DNA of 64,000 nucleotides from a virus, in the UHGV virus genome UHGV-0038495. One strand, given 5' to 3'. Shown one piece after another: positions 28,401-38,691 of the stretch. Below the pieces are notes generated by a model that was not told where the DNA came from, did no database searches, and was given only the letters and a program-made list of their open reading frames with translations. Within the stretch, counting starts at the first letter, position 1; every line of letters begins with the position of its first letter. The translations under genes and the position numbers were made by a program.

Positions 28401-30734
28401 CTATATTTTACTAACACTTTTAATATTTCCACTTTCTACTAACTTATTACCTTTGCTTCCACGATCAAGTGTTGGTAATTCTTTAGCAGGTATTACTATA
28501 TTATTTCTCGCGCAAGAGAAAAGAAGAATATCATCATCTGAAACCATCGCGGCGCCAGCTATCTTAGAGTCCGAATATCTAAGTCCCTTCCCGCCACGCG
28601 ACTGCTGGCGCATTTCTTCTTTACATTTATAACCATAACCATTTTCATTTGCTATTGCAAGCTTATCATTATTATCTCTAACTATAAGCGCGGAAACAAT
28701 ATAATCATCTTTGGTTAATTCTATACCCTTTACACCTATAGTTAATTTACCCATTGGTCTAACTTCTGAGGAAGGAATTCTAATTCCGATACCGTTTTTA
28801 GTTAATAAGATTATATCTTCATCATTTAATAAAGTAACTGCTATAAGTTCATCATTGTCCTTAATCTTAATAGCGGCAATACCTTTCTTACGTCTTGTAG
28901 AAGTATATTCTGAAAGTAAAGACTTCTTTAAAATACCATTCTTGGTTACAAACAGCACATATTCAAAGTTGCTATCATCTGATAATGAATAAATAGTTGC
29001 AACCTTTTCATTAAAGTCCATACCAACTAACATTGCAAGACTTGTACCGCGCGCAGTATTAGTTCCTTCCGGAATATCATTAACTTCTATTTTATATAAC
29101 TTGCCTAAAGAAGAGAATACCAACAATGAATCAACTGTATTAGTTCTAATAGTTATTTTTGTTATATCTTCCTGTGACTTAACGCCTTTTCCGCCACGGT
29201 GCTGTACTTTATAAGAAGATGTTGGAATCCTCTTAATATTTCCAGTTTCAGTTAATACTACCATACAAGGTACTGGTGCGGGCTTTGGTTTAATTGTTTT
29301 CTTTCCTTTTGTAGTAGGCTCTTCAATATCTAATAATTCTGTGCGTCTTGCATCACCATATTTCTTTACTATTGTGTCAAGTCTTGTAATTAATTCTTCT
29401 ATCTGTTTGTCTTTATTGTTTATTAATATATTTAAGCTTTCAATAGAATTTAATAATGCTTTGTATTCATCATTTAAAGCAATTTTTTCAAGATTAGCTA
29501 AGCTACCTAATCTCATACCTACAATCGCTTTTGCTTGATTTTCTGTAAAGTTATACTGAGATATTAAATTATCTTTAGCATCTGCACTACTCTTAGATTT
29601 TTTAATTAAAGCTATAATATTATCAATATCTTCAAGCGCACGCAGTAAACCTTCTAGTATTTCCTGTCTTGCTTTTGCTTTTGCTAAATCAAATTCAGCT
29701 TCTCTTTTAATACAAGAAGTATTATGATTAATATATATTTCAATACACTGCTTTAAATTTAATTCTGTCGGTGTCTTACCCACAAGAGCAACTTGATTAT
29801 AAGATATAGAAGTCTGTAAAGAAGTTTTTTCAAATAGAAGTTTAGCTATATAGTTTGGGTCAGCAGTTTTCTTACATTCAATAACTACTCTAACACCTTT
29901 TTTATTAGTTTCGTCACGAACATCTGAAACTCCTTCAATTTCCTTCTTGTCGCAAACCGCACCAATTTCATTCATTATCTTTTCTATTGAAACGCCATAA
30001 GGTATTTCATAAAAAACAATGTTATTTTTCTCAATTTTATAGCGCCCACGCAGCCTTACACTACCATGACCTGTTGCCATAATCTTTGGAATATCTCTTG
30101 TATTAATAACTATCCCGCCTGTAGGAAAATCTGGACCTGGAAGAGTTGGCTCTTCACCTTTAAGATACATTTTAATAGCTTCAGATACTTCAGTCAAGTT
30201 ATGTGGTAACCACGATGTAGCTATCGCAACCCCGATACCTGAGTTAGGATTACACAAGAGGTTAGGAAAAATGGAAGGTAAATCTACCGGTTCTTCTAAT
30301 GTTTCATCATAATTTGGTTTAAAATCAACATTCTTCTTTTTAATATTTACAAGTAAACCATCTTCTGAAATTTTGCTAAGGCGCGCTTCGGTATAACGAC
30401 TCGCAGCTGGACCATCGCCCGACTGCGTGCCATTAGACCCGTGCCAATCTATAAGAGGATATCTAAGCACCCAATTCTGAGATAAACGAACCATTGCGCC
30501 ATATATAGAACTATCTCCATGAGGATGATACTGACCCATAGTGTTTCCAACAATTCTCGCACTCTTTACGTGAGGTTTAGAGTATGTATACCCAGATTCA
30601 TGAGCTGACCATAATATTCTGCGCGCGACTGGTTTAAGACCGTCGGTCGCGCTTGGGATACTTCTATCTGTATTACAAGCTACAGCATACTCAATAAAGT
30701 TCTTCTTTAATTCATTTTGTACATCATTAAACAC
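28401..30734 (-). CDS. Type IIA topoisomerase, A subunit (T4 gp52/GyrA-like)
   Basis: GLKPVARRILW, YHPHGDSSIYGAMVRLSQ, active-site AASRYTEARL. Confidence 0.85.
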   Translation of the reverse strand: MFNDVQNELKKNFIEYAVACNTDRSIPSATDGLKPVARRILWSAHESGYTYSKPHVKSARIVGNTMGQYHPHGDSSIYGAMVRLSQNWVLRYPLIDWHGSNGTQSGDGPAASRYTEARLSKISEDGLLVNIKKKNVDFKPNYDETLEEPVDLPSIFPNLLCNPNSGIGVAIATSWLPHNLTEVSEAIKMYLKGEEPTLPGPDFPTGGIVINTRDIPKIMATGHGSVRLRGRYKIEKNNIVFYEIPYGVSIEKIMNEIGAVCDKKEIEGVSDVRDETNKKGVRVVIECKKTADPNYIAKLLFEKTSLQTSISYNQVALVGKTPTELNLKQCIEIYINHNTSCIKREAEFDLAKAKARQEILEGLLRALEDIDNIIALIKKSKSSADAKDNLISQYNFTENQAKAIVGMRLGSLANLEKIALNDEYKALLNSIESLNILINNKDKQIEELITRLDTIVKKYGDARRTELLDIEEPTTKGKKTIKPKPAPVPCMVVLTETGNIKRIPTSSYKVQHRGGKGVKSQEDITKITIRTNTVDSLLVFSSLGKLYKIEVNDIPEGTNTARGTSLAMLVGMDFNEKVATIYSLSDDSNFEYVLFVTKNGILKKSLLSEYTSTRRKKGIAAIKIKDNDELIAVTLLNDEDIILLTKNGIGIRIPSSEVRPMGKLTIGVKGIELTKDDYIVSALIVRDNNDKLAIANENGYGYKCKEEMRQQSRGGKGLRYSDSKIAGAAMVSDDDILLFSCARNNIVIPAKELPTLDRGSKGNKLVESGNIKSVSKI

Positions 30735-32636
30735 TTATATATCACCTTCCGCTTCTTCTGAATGATTCTTAATGTATTCTTTTCTTGGAATTGAACTTGT
30801 TCCCATCAAATCATCAAAAAGTTTATTTGTACCTTCTATATCTTCTACAGTTATCTGTTTTATTATTCTATTCGCGGGATCGGTTAAAGTCTCTTCGGTC
30901 TCGTCTGCCGACATTTCGCCCAAGCCTTTGAGTCGGTTCACTAGGTACTTTCCCTTAGGATTAGCTTCTCGGAACTTTTCCAATTCCGCATCATTCTTTA
31001 AGTATTTATATTCTTTACCTATAGTAATTTTATAAAGAGGCGGAACCCCTGCATATATGTAACCTTCAGATATAAGTTCCGGGCAGAAGGTCCAGATAAA
31101 AGTGTAAAAGAGGTTCTTTATGTGACTTCCATCTATATCTCCATCACTCATTATAATGATTTTCCCGTAACGCAAGTCCTCTGAGCGGTAAGTCACCTTC
31201 ATGGTCTTAACATCTATAGTTAAACCAAATGCTTCTATCATAGTCATAATTTCTGCATTCTTCTGAATCTGCTCTAAAGTCGCTTTTCTAGTATTAAGAA
31301 TTTTACCTCGTACCGGAAGGACAGCCTGAAACTCATTATCACGAGCTAACTTAATGTTCCCAGAAGCAGAGTCGCCCTCTACGATATAGATTTCGCACTT
31401 TTTTCTATCCTTGGAATAACAATCAGCCAGCTTCGAGTCAAATTTAAGAACCTTTTCCTTTTTCTTTTTATCAATCGCGCGTGCTGCATCTCGCGCTTTT
31501 TTTGCTGCTTCGCGCGCTTTTCTTGCTCCTATTGCTTTATCTGCAATTATCTTAACTTCTTTTTCATTAGCATGTAACCAATAATTTAAGGCTTCCGCAA
31601 AAGGAGAGGTAAAAGGTTTCATATCTATCTTAGAGACCCTTGACTTAACCTGAGCATCATAAGCCACGCCCGCGCAAGTTAAATTGAAAACAAAATATAA
31701 ACCTTCATTTATATCATCTCCACTTAAATTTTCGTCTTTTTCTTTTAACCATTTCTTTTCCTTAAAGAACTTATTCATTTCTCTTGTAAAAATGGTTTTT
31801 AACTGTGTTATATGCTGTCCACTTTCAGTTAAACCTGCATTTACATATGGTACAATAGTAGAAGAATAATTAGATGTATAAGTTAAAACTAAATCTAACT
31901 TATTTTTACCATCGGTATAATTCATTGCAAATCTATTGTTAATAATCTCTTTATCTTTAATTGCGGCGTCCAGTAAATCTGAGATACCATTCTTAGAATG
32001 ATACTTAATAACTGGTTTATCATCTATATATAAATTAATAGTTAAACCGGGGCAGAGCGCAGCTAAAGTCTTAAATAGGTCTTTTACCTTATTAATTTCA
32101 ACTTCTGTATGAGTAAAAAATTCTTCGCTTGGCGTCCATGTTACTGTAGTACCATGAAGAGTCTTATCAACCTGTTTAACTTCTCTCTTATCAAACACAC
32201 CTTCAACAAAATCAATCTTTTCACTTAAGCCATCGCGGAAAGTGGTTACGGTCAAAGAGTGAGATAAGAAGGTCGCTAACTTAGACCCTATACCGTAACT
32301 TCCTAATGAAGTCCCCTCATAGCTACCATCTTCACGATATTTACCACTAGTATTAAGTACCGAAAATGCAGCTTCAAGGATTGTTTTGCCATCATCACGA
32401 AAAGAATTAGGTATAAAACCCTGACCTTCATCTATGACCGTAACTTTAGATTTATCTATACTAACTTCTATCATAGACCCATGTCCTGCGCGGAATTCAT
32501 CAATAGAGTTAGATATAATCTCTATTAAGAGTTGAGTCGAATACTCACAATCGCCTACATAGACCTGTGGTCTAAGTCTTGTAAATTCAAGAGGTGAAAG
32601 TGATTCAATAGATTTTTCATCGTATAACTTTCCCAA
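30735..32636 (-). CDS. Type IIA topoisomerase, B subunit (ATPase plus TOPRIM; T4 gp39/GyrB-like)
   Basis: GHKL ATPase region. TOPRIM IYIVEGDSASG. PVRGKILN. Stop abuts the A-subunit start. Confidence 0.85.
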   Translation of the reverse strand: MGKLYDEKSIESLSPLEFTRLRPQVYVGDCEYSTQLLIEIISNSIDEFRAGHGSMIEVSIDKSKVTVIDEGQGFIPNSFRDDGKTILEAAFSVLNTSGKYREDGSYEGTSLGSYGIGSKLATFLSHSLTVTTFRDGLSEKIDFVEGVFDKREVKQVDKTLHGTTVTWTPSEEFFTHTEVEINKVKDLFKTLAALCPGLTINLYIDDKPVIKYHSKNGISDLLDAAIKDKEIINNRFAMNYTDGKNKLDLVLTYTSNYSSTIVPYVNAGLTESGQHITQLKTIFTREMNKFFKEKKWLKEKDENLSGDDINEGLYFVFNLTCAGVAYDAQVKSRVSKIDMKPFTSPFAEALNYWLHANEKEVKIIADKAIGARKAREAAKKARDAARAIDKKKKEKVLKFDSKLADCYSKDRKKCEIYIVEGDSASGNIKLARDNEFQAVLPVRGKILNTRKATLEQIQKNAEIMTMIEAFGLTIDVKTMKVTYRSEDLRYGKIIIMSDGDIDGSHIKNLFYTFIWTFCPELISEGYIYAGVPPLYKITIGKEYKYLKNDAELEKFREANPKGKYLVNRLKGLGEMSADETEETLTDPANRIIKQITVEDIEGTNKLFDDLMGTSSIPRKEYIKNHSEEAEGDI

Positions 32637-32864
32637 TTATTCTTCCTCCACTATTTCTATAATTTTTTCTATATGTTTATTAACTTCTTCGCCATAATCT
32701 TGTTTAAAAGGACATCTATAATTATCATTAAAATCATCAAAAAAATTGCAACTTAAATCATCTGTTAGTTGTCTATACATTGCAATAGGACAATCAGCAT
32801 AACAGTCTGGTGCATCCGAAATGAAATATTCTGACAAATCTTTAAATATTATTACCTTTGTCAT
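32637..32864 (-). CDS. Small acidic Cys-containing protein
   Basis: DCYADCP...CNFF...C. Confidence 0.35.
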   Translation of the reverse strand: MTKVIIFKDLSEYFISDAPDCYADCPIAMYRQLTDDLSCNFFDDFNDNYRCPFKQDYGEEVNKHIEKIIEIVEEE

Positions 32865-33064
32865 TAGTTTAACCGTCCTTTCACATATTCCAATAAAGTT
32901 TCTAACGCGTGAACCTGCTCTGTTAAAAAAATAGCAAAATCAGTTCCCTTTGCCTCTTTCTTTATTAACTGTTTATCTGTATCTATAATAGATTCAACTA
33001 TTTTAACTGCCTGCATAATCGTCATTTTTATCACCTCTCATTTCATATATATTATAACAAAATT

Positions 33065-33571
33065 TTAAAGGTTTTTATAATATTCTTCCAATATCTCATA
33101 CGACTTAAAAACATCCTCAGATTTGAGCAATTTTTCAAGTTTCTGAGTGTTTTTTGAGGCAAGAGCATCACATAATTCGTTGTCAAGAACACCATTATGA
33201 CCTTTGACCTTGATTACATCGCAAGAGCAAAGGAATGAAAGGTCGTAAAGTTCCTTAACTAAATCTAAATTTTCAACGCGCGCGCCCTTGCTTCGAGTCC
33301 AGTCAGCTCTAGCCCATTTGAACATCCAGTCATTATAAAGATTTACGACGTAGGCTGAGTCACTATAAATCGGAACCGCGAATAAATTTTCACTGCGCGC
33401 CCACTTTAAAGCTTCTATTAGAGCTTTCATTTCCATTCTATTATTTGTAGTATTTTCTTCATAATCAAACCAATACCAAACAATTCCTTTTTCATTGTCT
33501 CTTGCTATCGCGGCAGCGCCTCCTGGTCCAGGGTTTGGAGCTGCGCTTCCATCTGTATATATTTCAATCAT
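33065..33571 (-). CDS. RNase H (RNase HI-like)
   Basis: IYTDGS....GPGG, TNNRMEMKALIEAL, IYSDS. Confidence 0.8.
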   Translation of the reverse strand: MIEIYTDGSAAPNPGPGGAAAIARDNEKGIVWYWFDYEENTTNNRMEMKALIEALKWARSENLFAVPIYSDSAYVVNLYNDWMFKWARADWTRSKGARVENLDLVKELYDLSFLCSCDVIKVKGHNGVLDNELCDALASKNTQKLEKLLKSEDVFKSYEILEEYYKNL

Positions 33572-33763
33572 TTAATTTTCCTCGCATCGTATACAATCAA
33601 TATTAATGACATTAATAAGATTGTTTGTTATATGTTCATCTTGCCAATCGACAATATAAGAGAGTAAATCTGCTACATTTTCTGCATATTTACAAATATC
33701 TTGATTTTTACAATGGTCGCATTTAATAAATAACATTTTTTGATGAATCACTTTCTGTGCCAA
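33572..33763 (-). CDS. Small Cys-rich protein (CxxC...CK[YF] / DCxxCEEN family)
   Basis: CDHCKNQDICKY ... IDCIRCEEN. Paralog of the next two ORFs. Confidence 0.4.
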   Translation of the reverse strand: MAQKVIHQKMLFIKCDHCKNQDICKYAENVADLLSYIVDWQDEHITNNLINVINIDCIRCEEN

Positions 33764-34046
33764 CTACAGGAGAAGTTCCGCTATAAAACTTTACAGGACT
33801 TGATTCTATATTTTTATCTATATATGATTTATTTTTATTTTCCTCACAATGACAAATATCAACACTAATTATATGTAATTTATTTTTATTTTCTTCGCAA
33901 CCCTGGCAATCAATATCAATATTAATTATATCGTCTGCTTCATAACTCTCTATCCAATCGTTCGTATAAAGCTGTAATTTTCTTAAAGGTTCTATAAATT
34001 TACAAAATTTTTTATGGTTACAATGTTCACATTTATTAAAATTCAT
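33723..34046 (-). CDS. Small Cys-rich protein (same family, duplicated CxxCEEN module)
   Basis: CEHCNHKKFCKF ... IDCQGCEEN ... ICHCEEN. Confidence 0.4.
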   Translation of the reverse strand: MNFNKCEHCNHKKFCKFIEPLRKLQLYTNDWIESYEADDIINIDIDCQGCEENKNKLHIISVDICHCEENKNKSYIDKNIESSPVKFYSGTSPVVGTESDSSKNVIY

Positions 34047-34262
34047 TTATCTTAATAACACCTCACTTATAGGGTTTAGCTCATTTAATTTAGAAGTTCT
34101 TATCTCGGAATAGACTTGCTTCGGTTCAAAATAAATACATTTTAAAGTAATCGTATAAATAGGTGAATTACCCTTTAATTCATTGACCTTATTTTCTATA
34201 TCTGTAATTTCCGAAATATACTTACAAATAGATACATTTTTACATTTAGAACAATATTCCAT
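34047..34262 (-). CDS. Small Cys-rich protein (same family)
   Basis: CSKCKNVSICKY. Confidence 0.4.
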   Translation of the reverse strand: MEYCSKCKNVSICKYISEITDIENKVNELKGNSPIYTITLKCIYFEPKQVYSEIRTSKLNELNPISEVLLR

Positions 34263-34408
34263 TTTTCACTCCTTTTACTTTCTTCATTAACTTATATAAA
34301 TATTATAACAAATTTTTTATAAGAATGATAATTTATACGTATAACTTCTTAAAAAAGTCAGAATAATAAAAAAAAGAGGAAAATCTATTGAAAGATTTTC
34401 CTCTTTTT

Positions 34409-34777
34409 TTAAATCGGTGGGTTTGTATCATCTATATAACCATTATCTTCTAAAGTAAAGTCCATAGCTTTAGCTTGAGCATACTTAATTCCATCTCCAT
34501 CAGATGAAGTATTTTCATCTCTATTCTTATCTACAACGCGCGCGAGTACAACTGAAACCCCTATGCCTAATGGAGAAAAGATCGCGGTCCAGCAAATTAA
34601 AGAACCTACATAATCCATTTGTATACTTAAAACTGCGAGTCGATATCCTCCGGCTAGTCCAAGCGCGAGAAAAAGTGTAAGGTAAAGCGCGAGACGGTTA
34701 GTAAAACCTAACTTTTTTAAATGTCTAAAAGGCGCGGTTATAGCTCGACGTATCTTATGTTTAGACTTTTTGCTCAT
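34409..34777 (-). CDS. Holin-like membrane protein
   Basis: Two hydrophobic segments (LALYLTLFLALGLAGG and ICWTAIFSPLGIGVSVVLA). Basic N-terminus. Lies immediately downstream of the endolysin. Confidence 0.45.
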   Translation of the reverse strand: MSKKSKHKIRRAITAPFRHLKKLGFTNRLALYLTLFLALGLAGGYRLAVLSIQMDYVGSLICWTAIFSPLGIGVSVVLARVVDKNRDENTSSDGDGIKYAQAKAMDFTLEDNGYIDDTNPPI

Positions 34778-35580
34778 TATGCTTTACCCATGAGTTTTGC
34801 GAAGCGATAAAAGATCGTGACAGCTTGTTCTCTGGAGAGTTGGTCTGCCCACATATAGTTTGGCTCTCCCTTCGCGTCCTTACCCGAACCCGTGACAATG
34901 CCATTCTTGATGGCCCACTCGCGCGCCTCTGCCGAATAAACATTGCAGTCATTATCTTGAAGAGTTTTTCTATACTCTTTCATCATTGAATTGAATTGCT
35001 CTTGTGTCATTTCTTCTTCCTCCTTTTGCGGCGTTTGATTTACGCCCTTTACTCTATTCATAAAATTTTCCCATCTAGCATTACCCTCTGAGGTATGGCA
35101 CATTGGTGCTGGGCATAGCTTCCCGGTCACGGACCAATGTCTTGTCACATTAGAGCTAGGTATATGGTACTTCGACATAAGTGCGCGCGTCAATTCAACA
35201 GCGTGGTTAATAGTTGCTTCCGGTATATAATAATTACCTTTTGAATCAGTATGGCTAACCATTTCTATTGATATTGAATTGCCGTTTGTACATTTTCCTT
35301 TAAGTTGCGCACCACCATTAGTATACTTTTGTCTATCTCCCACCGCATATGCGGCATGGGTATCGGGTACACATTGGTAGATTATATTACCTTCATCACA
35401 AATGTAATGCGCACTAGCCTTGCGGTCTGTGGTGTGGAAATAGTTTGCGTTACCCTTGGCCGTAGCCTTCAGACCGCTATTCGCGGTGTAGTGAAGGACT
35501 ATATACTTGATACTTGATGTAGAGCGAGGGGTTTGGTTATAGTACCTCGCGCGGATTGAGCTGTTTATAGTATAACTCAA
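34777..35580 (-). CDS. Endolysin: N-acetylmuramoyl-L-alanine amidase (Amidase_2/PGRP) with C-terminal SLH-like wall-binding module
   Basis: IVLHYTA, HY.CDEGNIIYQCVPD, AYAVG, ISIEMV, CP. C-terminus AREWAIKNGIVTGSG....MWADQLSREQAVTIFYRF resembles an SLH repeat. Confidence 0.75.
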   Translation of the reverse strand: MSYTINSSIRARYYNQTPRSTSSIKYIVLHYTANSGLKATAKGNANYFHTTDRKASAHYICDEGNIIYQCVPDTHAAYAVGDRQKYTNGGAQLKGKCTNGNSISIEMVSHTDSKGNYYIPEATINHAVELTRALMSKYHIPSSNVTRHWSVTGKLCPAPMCHTSEGNARWENFMNRVKGVNQTPQKEEEEMTQEQFNSMMKEYRKTLQDNDCNVYSAEAREWAIKNGIVTGSGKDAKGEPNYMWADQLSREQAVTIFYRFAKLMGKA

Positions 35581-35603
35581 ATTATATTAACCTCCTTTAT
35601 TGT

Positions 35604-36533
35604 TTATTTAATAGTTTTATATAAAATCCAATCTAAATTAAGATTATCTTTGATTAAATCATAATTCAAATCTTCTCTATTCTTATGCGCTATATTAAAC
35701 TCTGGTTTATATTTATTAATAAGAATAGCTTCTAATAAGTCTAATTCTTTTTTAGAGCCGCAAGTTGTATAGTATATTTCGCCTTTAAAATTATATAATT
35801 TATCTTGAGTATGCTGCTGGACTCTTCTTTTTAGAGAAATTGTCTGTCCAATATAAACAATATTGTCATTAGATACATATTTATATAAATAAAAATTATC
35901 ATTAGAAATATTAGAAACTTCTTCCAAAGAGTTAGGATTTTCATAAAAAGTAAAAGTTTTAGTTGTTTTATCTAAAATAAGAAAACCTTTGTTTATAAGT
36001 TCTTTGAGAACAGTTCTATATGTTGTATGAGAAAAATTACATTTATCAAGAATATCTTTTGTACTTAATGGTTGAGAAAGTTGAGAACTTAAAGAAGAAA
36101 AATAACACCATGCTTTGAATTCATTAGCAGATAATATTTTCATAGCATAGAACATTGCTTGATAAGAAAAAACAATGTTCTGAACATTTTCTTCTTTATT
36201 TATACAAATACTTCTTTGATTTGGCACTTTCTTTGTAATAATATTAAAAGGATCTTCATAAAAATTCCAAATTTTCATTCGTTTTTCTATAGTACTTTCA
36301 GAAGTTTCTTTTAAAAACCCTTTTTCAATCAGCTCTTTAATCGCTTTATTATATTTATATTCAGTTAATCCAGAATTTTTATTAGATAAAGCAAAATCAG
36401 TTGATTGATTCTTAATATAAGAATATAAAACAAATCCTTCAGGAGAAAGACTATTTAAAATTACACTTATATCTTTTATTTCTCCTCTTATAATTCTTAT
36501 AAATTTTTGGTTGTTGAAATTTGTTGTAGCCAT
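35604..36533 (-). CDS. GIY-YIG endonuclease with N-terminal winged-helix repeats (free-standing homing-endonuclease-like)
   Basis: C-terminal FYLYKYVSNDNIVYIGQTISLKRRVQQH....E. Two KxIKELIxKGFL wHTH-like repeats in the N-terminal half. Confidence 0.55.
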   Translation of the reverse strand: MATTNFNNQKFIRIIRGEIKDISVILNSLSPEGFVLYSYIKNQSTDFALSNKNSGLTEYKYNKAIKELIEKGFLKETSESTIEKRMKIWNFYEDPFNIITKKVPNQRSICINKEENVQNIVFSYQAMFYAMKILSANEFKAWCYFSSLSSQLSQPLSTKDILDKCNFSHTTYRTVLKELINKGFLILDKTTKTFTFYENPNSLEEVSNISNDNFYLYKYVSNDNIVYIGQTISLKRRVQQHTQDKLYNFKGEIYYTTCGSKKELDLLEAILINKYKPEFNIAHKNREDLNYDLIKDNLNLDWILYKTIK

Positions 36534-36846
36534 TCTCTGCTACCTCCTTTTATTTTTTAAATTTTGAAATATATAATTGTAGATTATCACTATCCTCAAA
36601 ATAAAATACATTCATCCAAGGTCTATCTCTATTAGGAGAAATTTTAACTATTTGGAAGTGATTATCTGTTAAAAACCTTGCAAGAGCAAGTGAGAAGCAA
36701 GGGAATAATTTTTTTTTCATTCTTTCACTCCTTTTTATTGGTATAATTTGCCTACTTTGTCTTTTTAAATTTTAAAATCTTAAAATAATAGGGAAGTAGA
36801 ATCAACCACTTCCCTAAAATATATAAAAATTATTTACAGCGCCTTA

Positions 36847-37317
36847 TTATTCATTGACCTTAATATTTTTACTACGGCGGGCGCGCACTTTATCATATAG
36901 ATCTGTTTTACTCTCTATATACTCCTTTAATTCTTTTCTCATTACCGTAACCTCTTCATTAATAAACTTTATTTCATCTCTACAGCGATTTGCTGCGCGA
37001 TAAATCATATAACCATTCTTATCTTTTTCTTCTTTTGCATTAACTCCATTCTCTAAATGCTCAAGAATCTTTAACTGCTGACTAAGCTCTATGTCTCTTA
37101 TCCAAGTAAGATAATTAATCATAGCTCTTGTTTCTGCAATAGCAAGACCGGTCTTTTCAGAACAAAACTCCATATCTTCAGGCGCGCACTGTGCTGTGCC
37201 TATAAAAACATTATCTGCAACACAAATAGTTACTGAAGCAAAGCCATCCTCATCAAACTGATACTCTTTCTTAATTCTTCTAATGTCTAACATTCTGTTT
37301 CCTTTCATTAATATCAT
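36847..37317 (-). CDS. hypothetical protein
   Basis: ORF on the coding strand. Last gene of the kinase/phosphoesterase operon. Confidence 0.35.
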   Translation of the reverse strand: MILMKGNRMLDIRRIKKEYQFDEDGFASVTICVADNVFIGTAQCAPEDMEFCSEKTGLAIAETRAMINYLTWIRDIELSQQLKILEHLENGVNAKEEKDKNGYMIYRAANRCRDEIKFINEEVTVMRKELKEYIESKTDLYDKVRARRSKNIKVNE

Positions 37318-37822
37318 TTAAAATTGTTTCTATATTAACTGGACAACAATCATGCGCCTCCAGTGAAACACAATATATCTTCTTATCTTTTATCTCAAAC
37401 TTTTCTTTGCTATGTGTATGCGCTGAAATATTCCATACATTAACGGGGTCGTCAAAATTATTGACAAAAGTAGGGTAATGTGACAGATAAAAACGCGTGT
37501 TCTTAGATGCTTTAAGCCTAGCTCCAAACTGTACGTCCTCAAATATACCTTCTTCAACATAGGTTTTTATCCTTTGGTCTGTGTCATGGTTACCGATAAT
37601 TAAGACCTTATGACCATTCATCTGTTTTATATATTCTATAGCGACAGCTGTATTACCTAGCGCGCAATCTCCTAGTACATAGACCGTATCCTCTGGAGTC
37701 ACGCGCGCGTTATGTCTTTCTACTATTGCTTCATTCATTTCTTCAATAGAATTAAATCCACGTGTTTTCCATATAAAATCTTTATCGTGACAAAAATGCC
37801 AGTCTCCGCAAAACCAAATCAT
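37280..37822 (-). CDS. Calcineurin-like metallophosphoesterase
   Basis: GDWH, VLGDCALG, IIGNHD, SAHTH motifs. Confidence 0.7.
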   Translation of the reverse strand: MIWFCGDWHFCHDKDFIWKTRGFNSIEEMNEAIVERHNARVTPEDTVYVLGDCALGNTAVAIEYIKQMNGHKVLIIGNHDTDQRIKTYVEEGIFEDVQFGARLKASKNTRFYLSHYPTFVNNFDDPVNVWNISAHTHSKEKFEIKDKKIYCVSLEAHDCCPVNIETILNDINERKQNVRH

Positions 37823-37845
37823 AATTTATACCTCCTCTCTTTTTT

Positions 37846-38364
37846 CTAAAAAGTAATACTCCAATACTCCATATTAAAGAATTCTTTCCAAAAGCGCTTT
37901 TCACTATCAGTTACTGGTTCAATAGAATCGGTCTGTTTTGAGATTACTTCAGAACCAACCTGCTCGCGCCCTAATCTTTTCTTGTCTCTTGCAATAGAAA
38001 TAGAAGGTTTTGTATCTATATGCATTACAATAACTTTATAACCATGTTCCTGCAAAGGTTCTTTAATAGCATTTAAAATTTTCTGTCTACTTGAGAAGTT
38101 TAAATGAGTTGCATCTAAAATAACATTATTTATTTCTGCTTTTATAGCTTCACAAGCCAAATGTGCGAACGTCTTAAATACTTTCTTTTCTTTTGCAAAA
38201 TATGCTTCATTCTCTTTTACAAGAGAAAAACGGACTGCATCGCGCGAAATCACTATAGAGTCCGAAAACTTAGACTGAAAATCACGTACCCAGGTAGACT
38301 TCCCCGAGCCACTTATTCCCATCATTAAATATAATTTTTTCATTAATGAAATACCTCTTTCCAT
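37846..38364 (-). CDS. P-loop polynucleotide-kinase-like kinase
   Basis: MMGISGSGKST Walker A. ISRDAVR. Size 172 aa. Operon with the metallophosphoesterase. Confidence 0.55.
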   Translation of the reverse strand: MERGISLMKKLYLMMGISGSGKSTWVRDFQSKFSDSIVISRDAVRFSLVKENEAYFAKEKKVFKTFAHLACEAIKAEINNVILDATHLNFSSRQKILNAIKEPLQEHGYKVIVMHIDTKPSISIARDKKRLGREQVGSEVISKQTDSIEPVTDSEKRFWKEFFNMEYWSITF

Positions 38365-38687
38365 TCATTTTTTTTAATAATTCTTCTCATATTTTCTCTT
38401 CCTACTGGATTAGCAGTATGGAGATGAATTGATATATTGTTTATTCCTTTTTCTTCCATTTTATCAAGTATCTTTATATAATCACCGCCATAAGCTACAT
38501 ATTCTCCTGCATCATGGTCTAAAGATATTTCTTCAATATCATTACGGAAAGCGAGAATTGTTTTTATTGCTTCTTTTGTGGTTATAATCCACATATAACC
38601 CTGTGGAGCAGGTCTTACATCATCTATCCAAAGTTTCATCATTTTATTTTTTCCTCTCTTTAACTTCTGATTGCTATTGCATAGCAA
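38343..38687 (-). CDS. hypothetical protein (first gene after a promoter-operator module)
   Basis: ORF on the coding strand. No motif recognised. Confidence 0.35.
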   Translation of the reverse strand: MLCNSNQKLKRGKNKMMKLWIDDVRPAPQGYMWIITTKEAIKTILAFRNDIEEISLDHDAGEYVAYGGDYIKILDKMEEKGINNISIHLHTANPVGRENMRRIIKKNEWKEVFH

Positions 38688-38691
38688 TCAC

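Noticed and set aside
34761-34952. 63-aa ORF overlapping the endolysin C-terminus and the holin start
   Set aside because: Alternative frame inside a well-supported CDS. Arg/Ser-rich low complexity.
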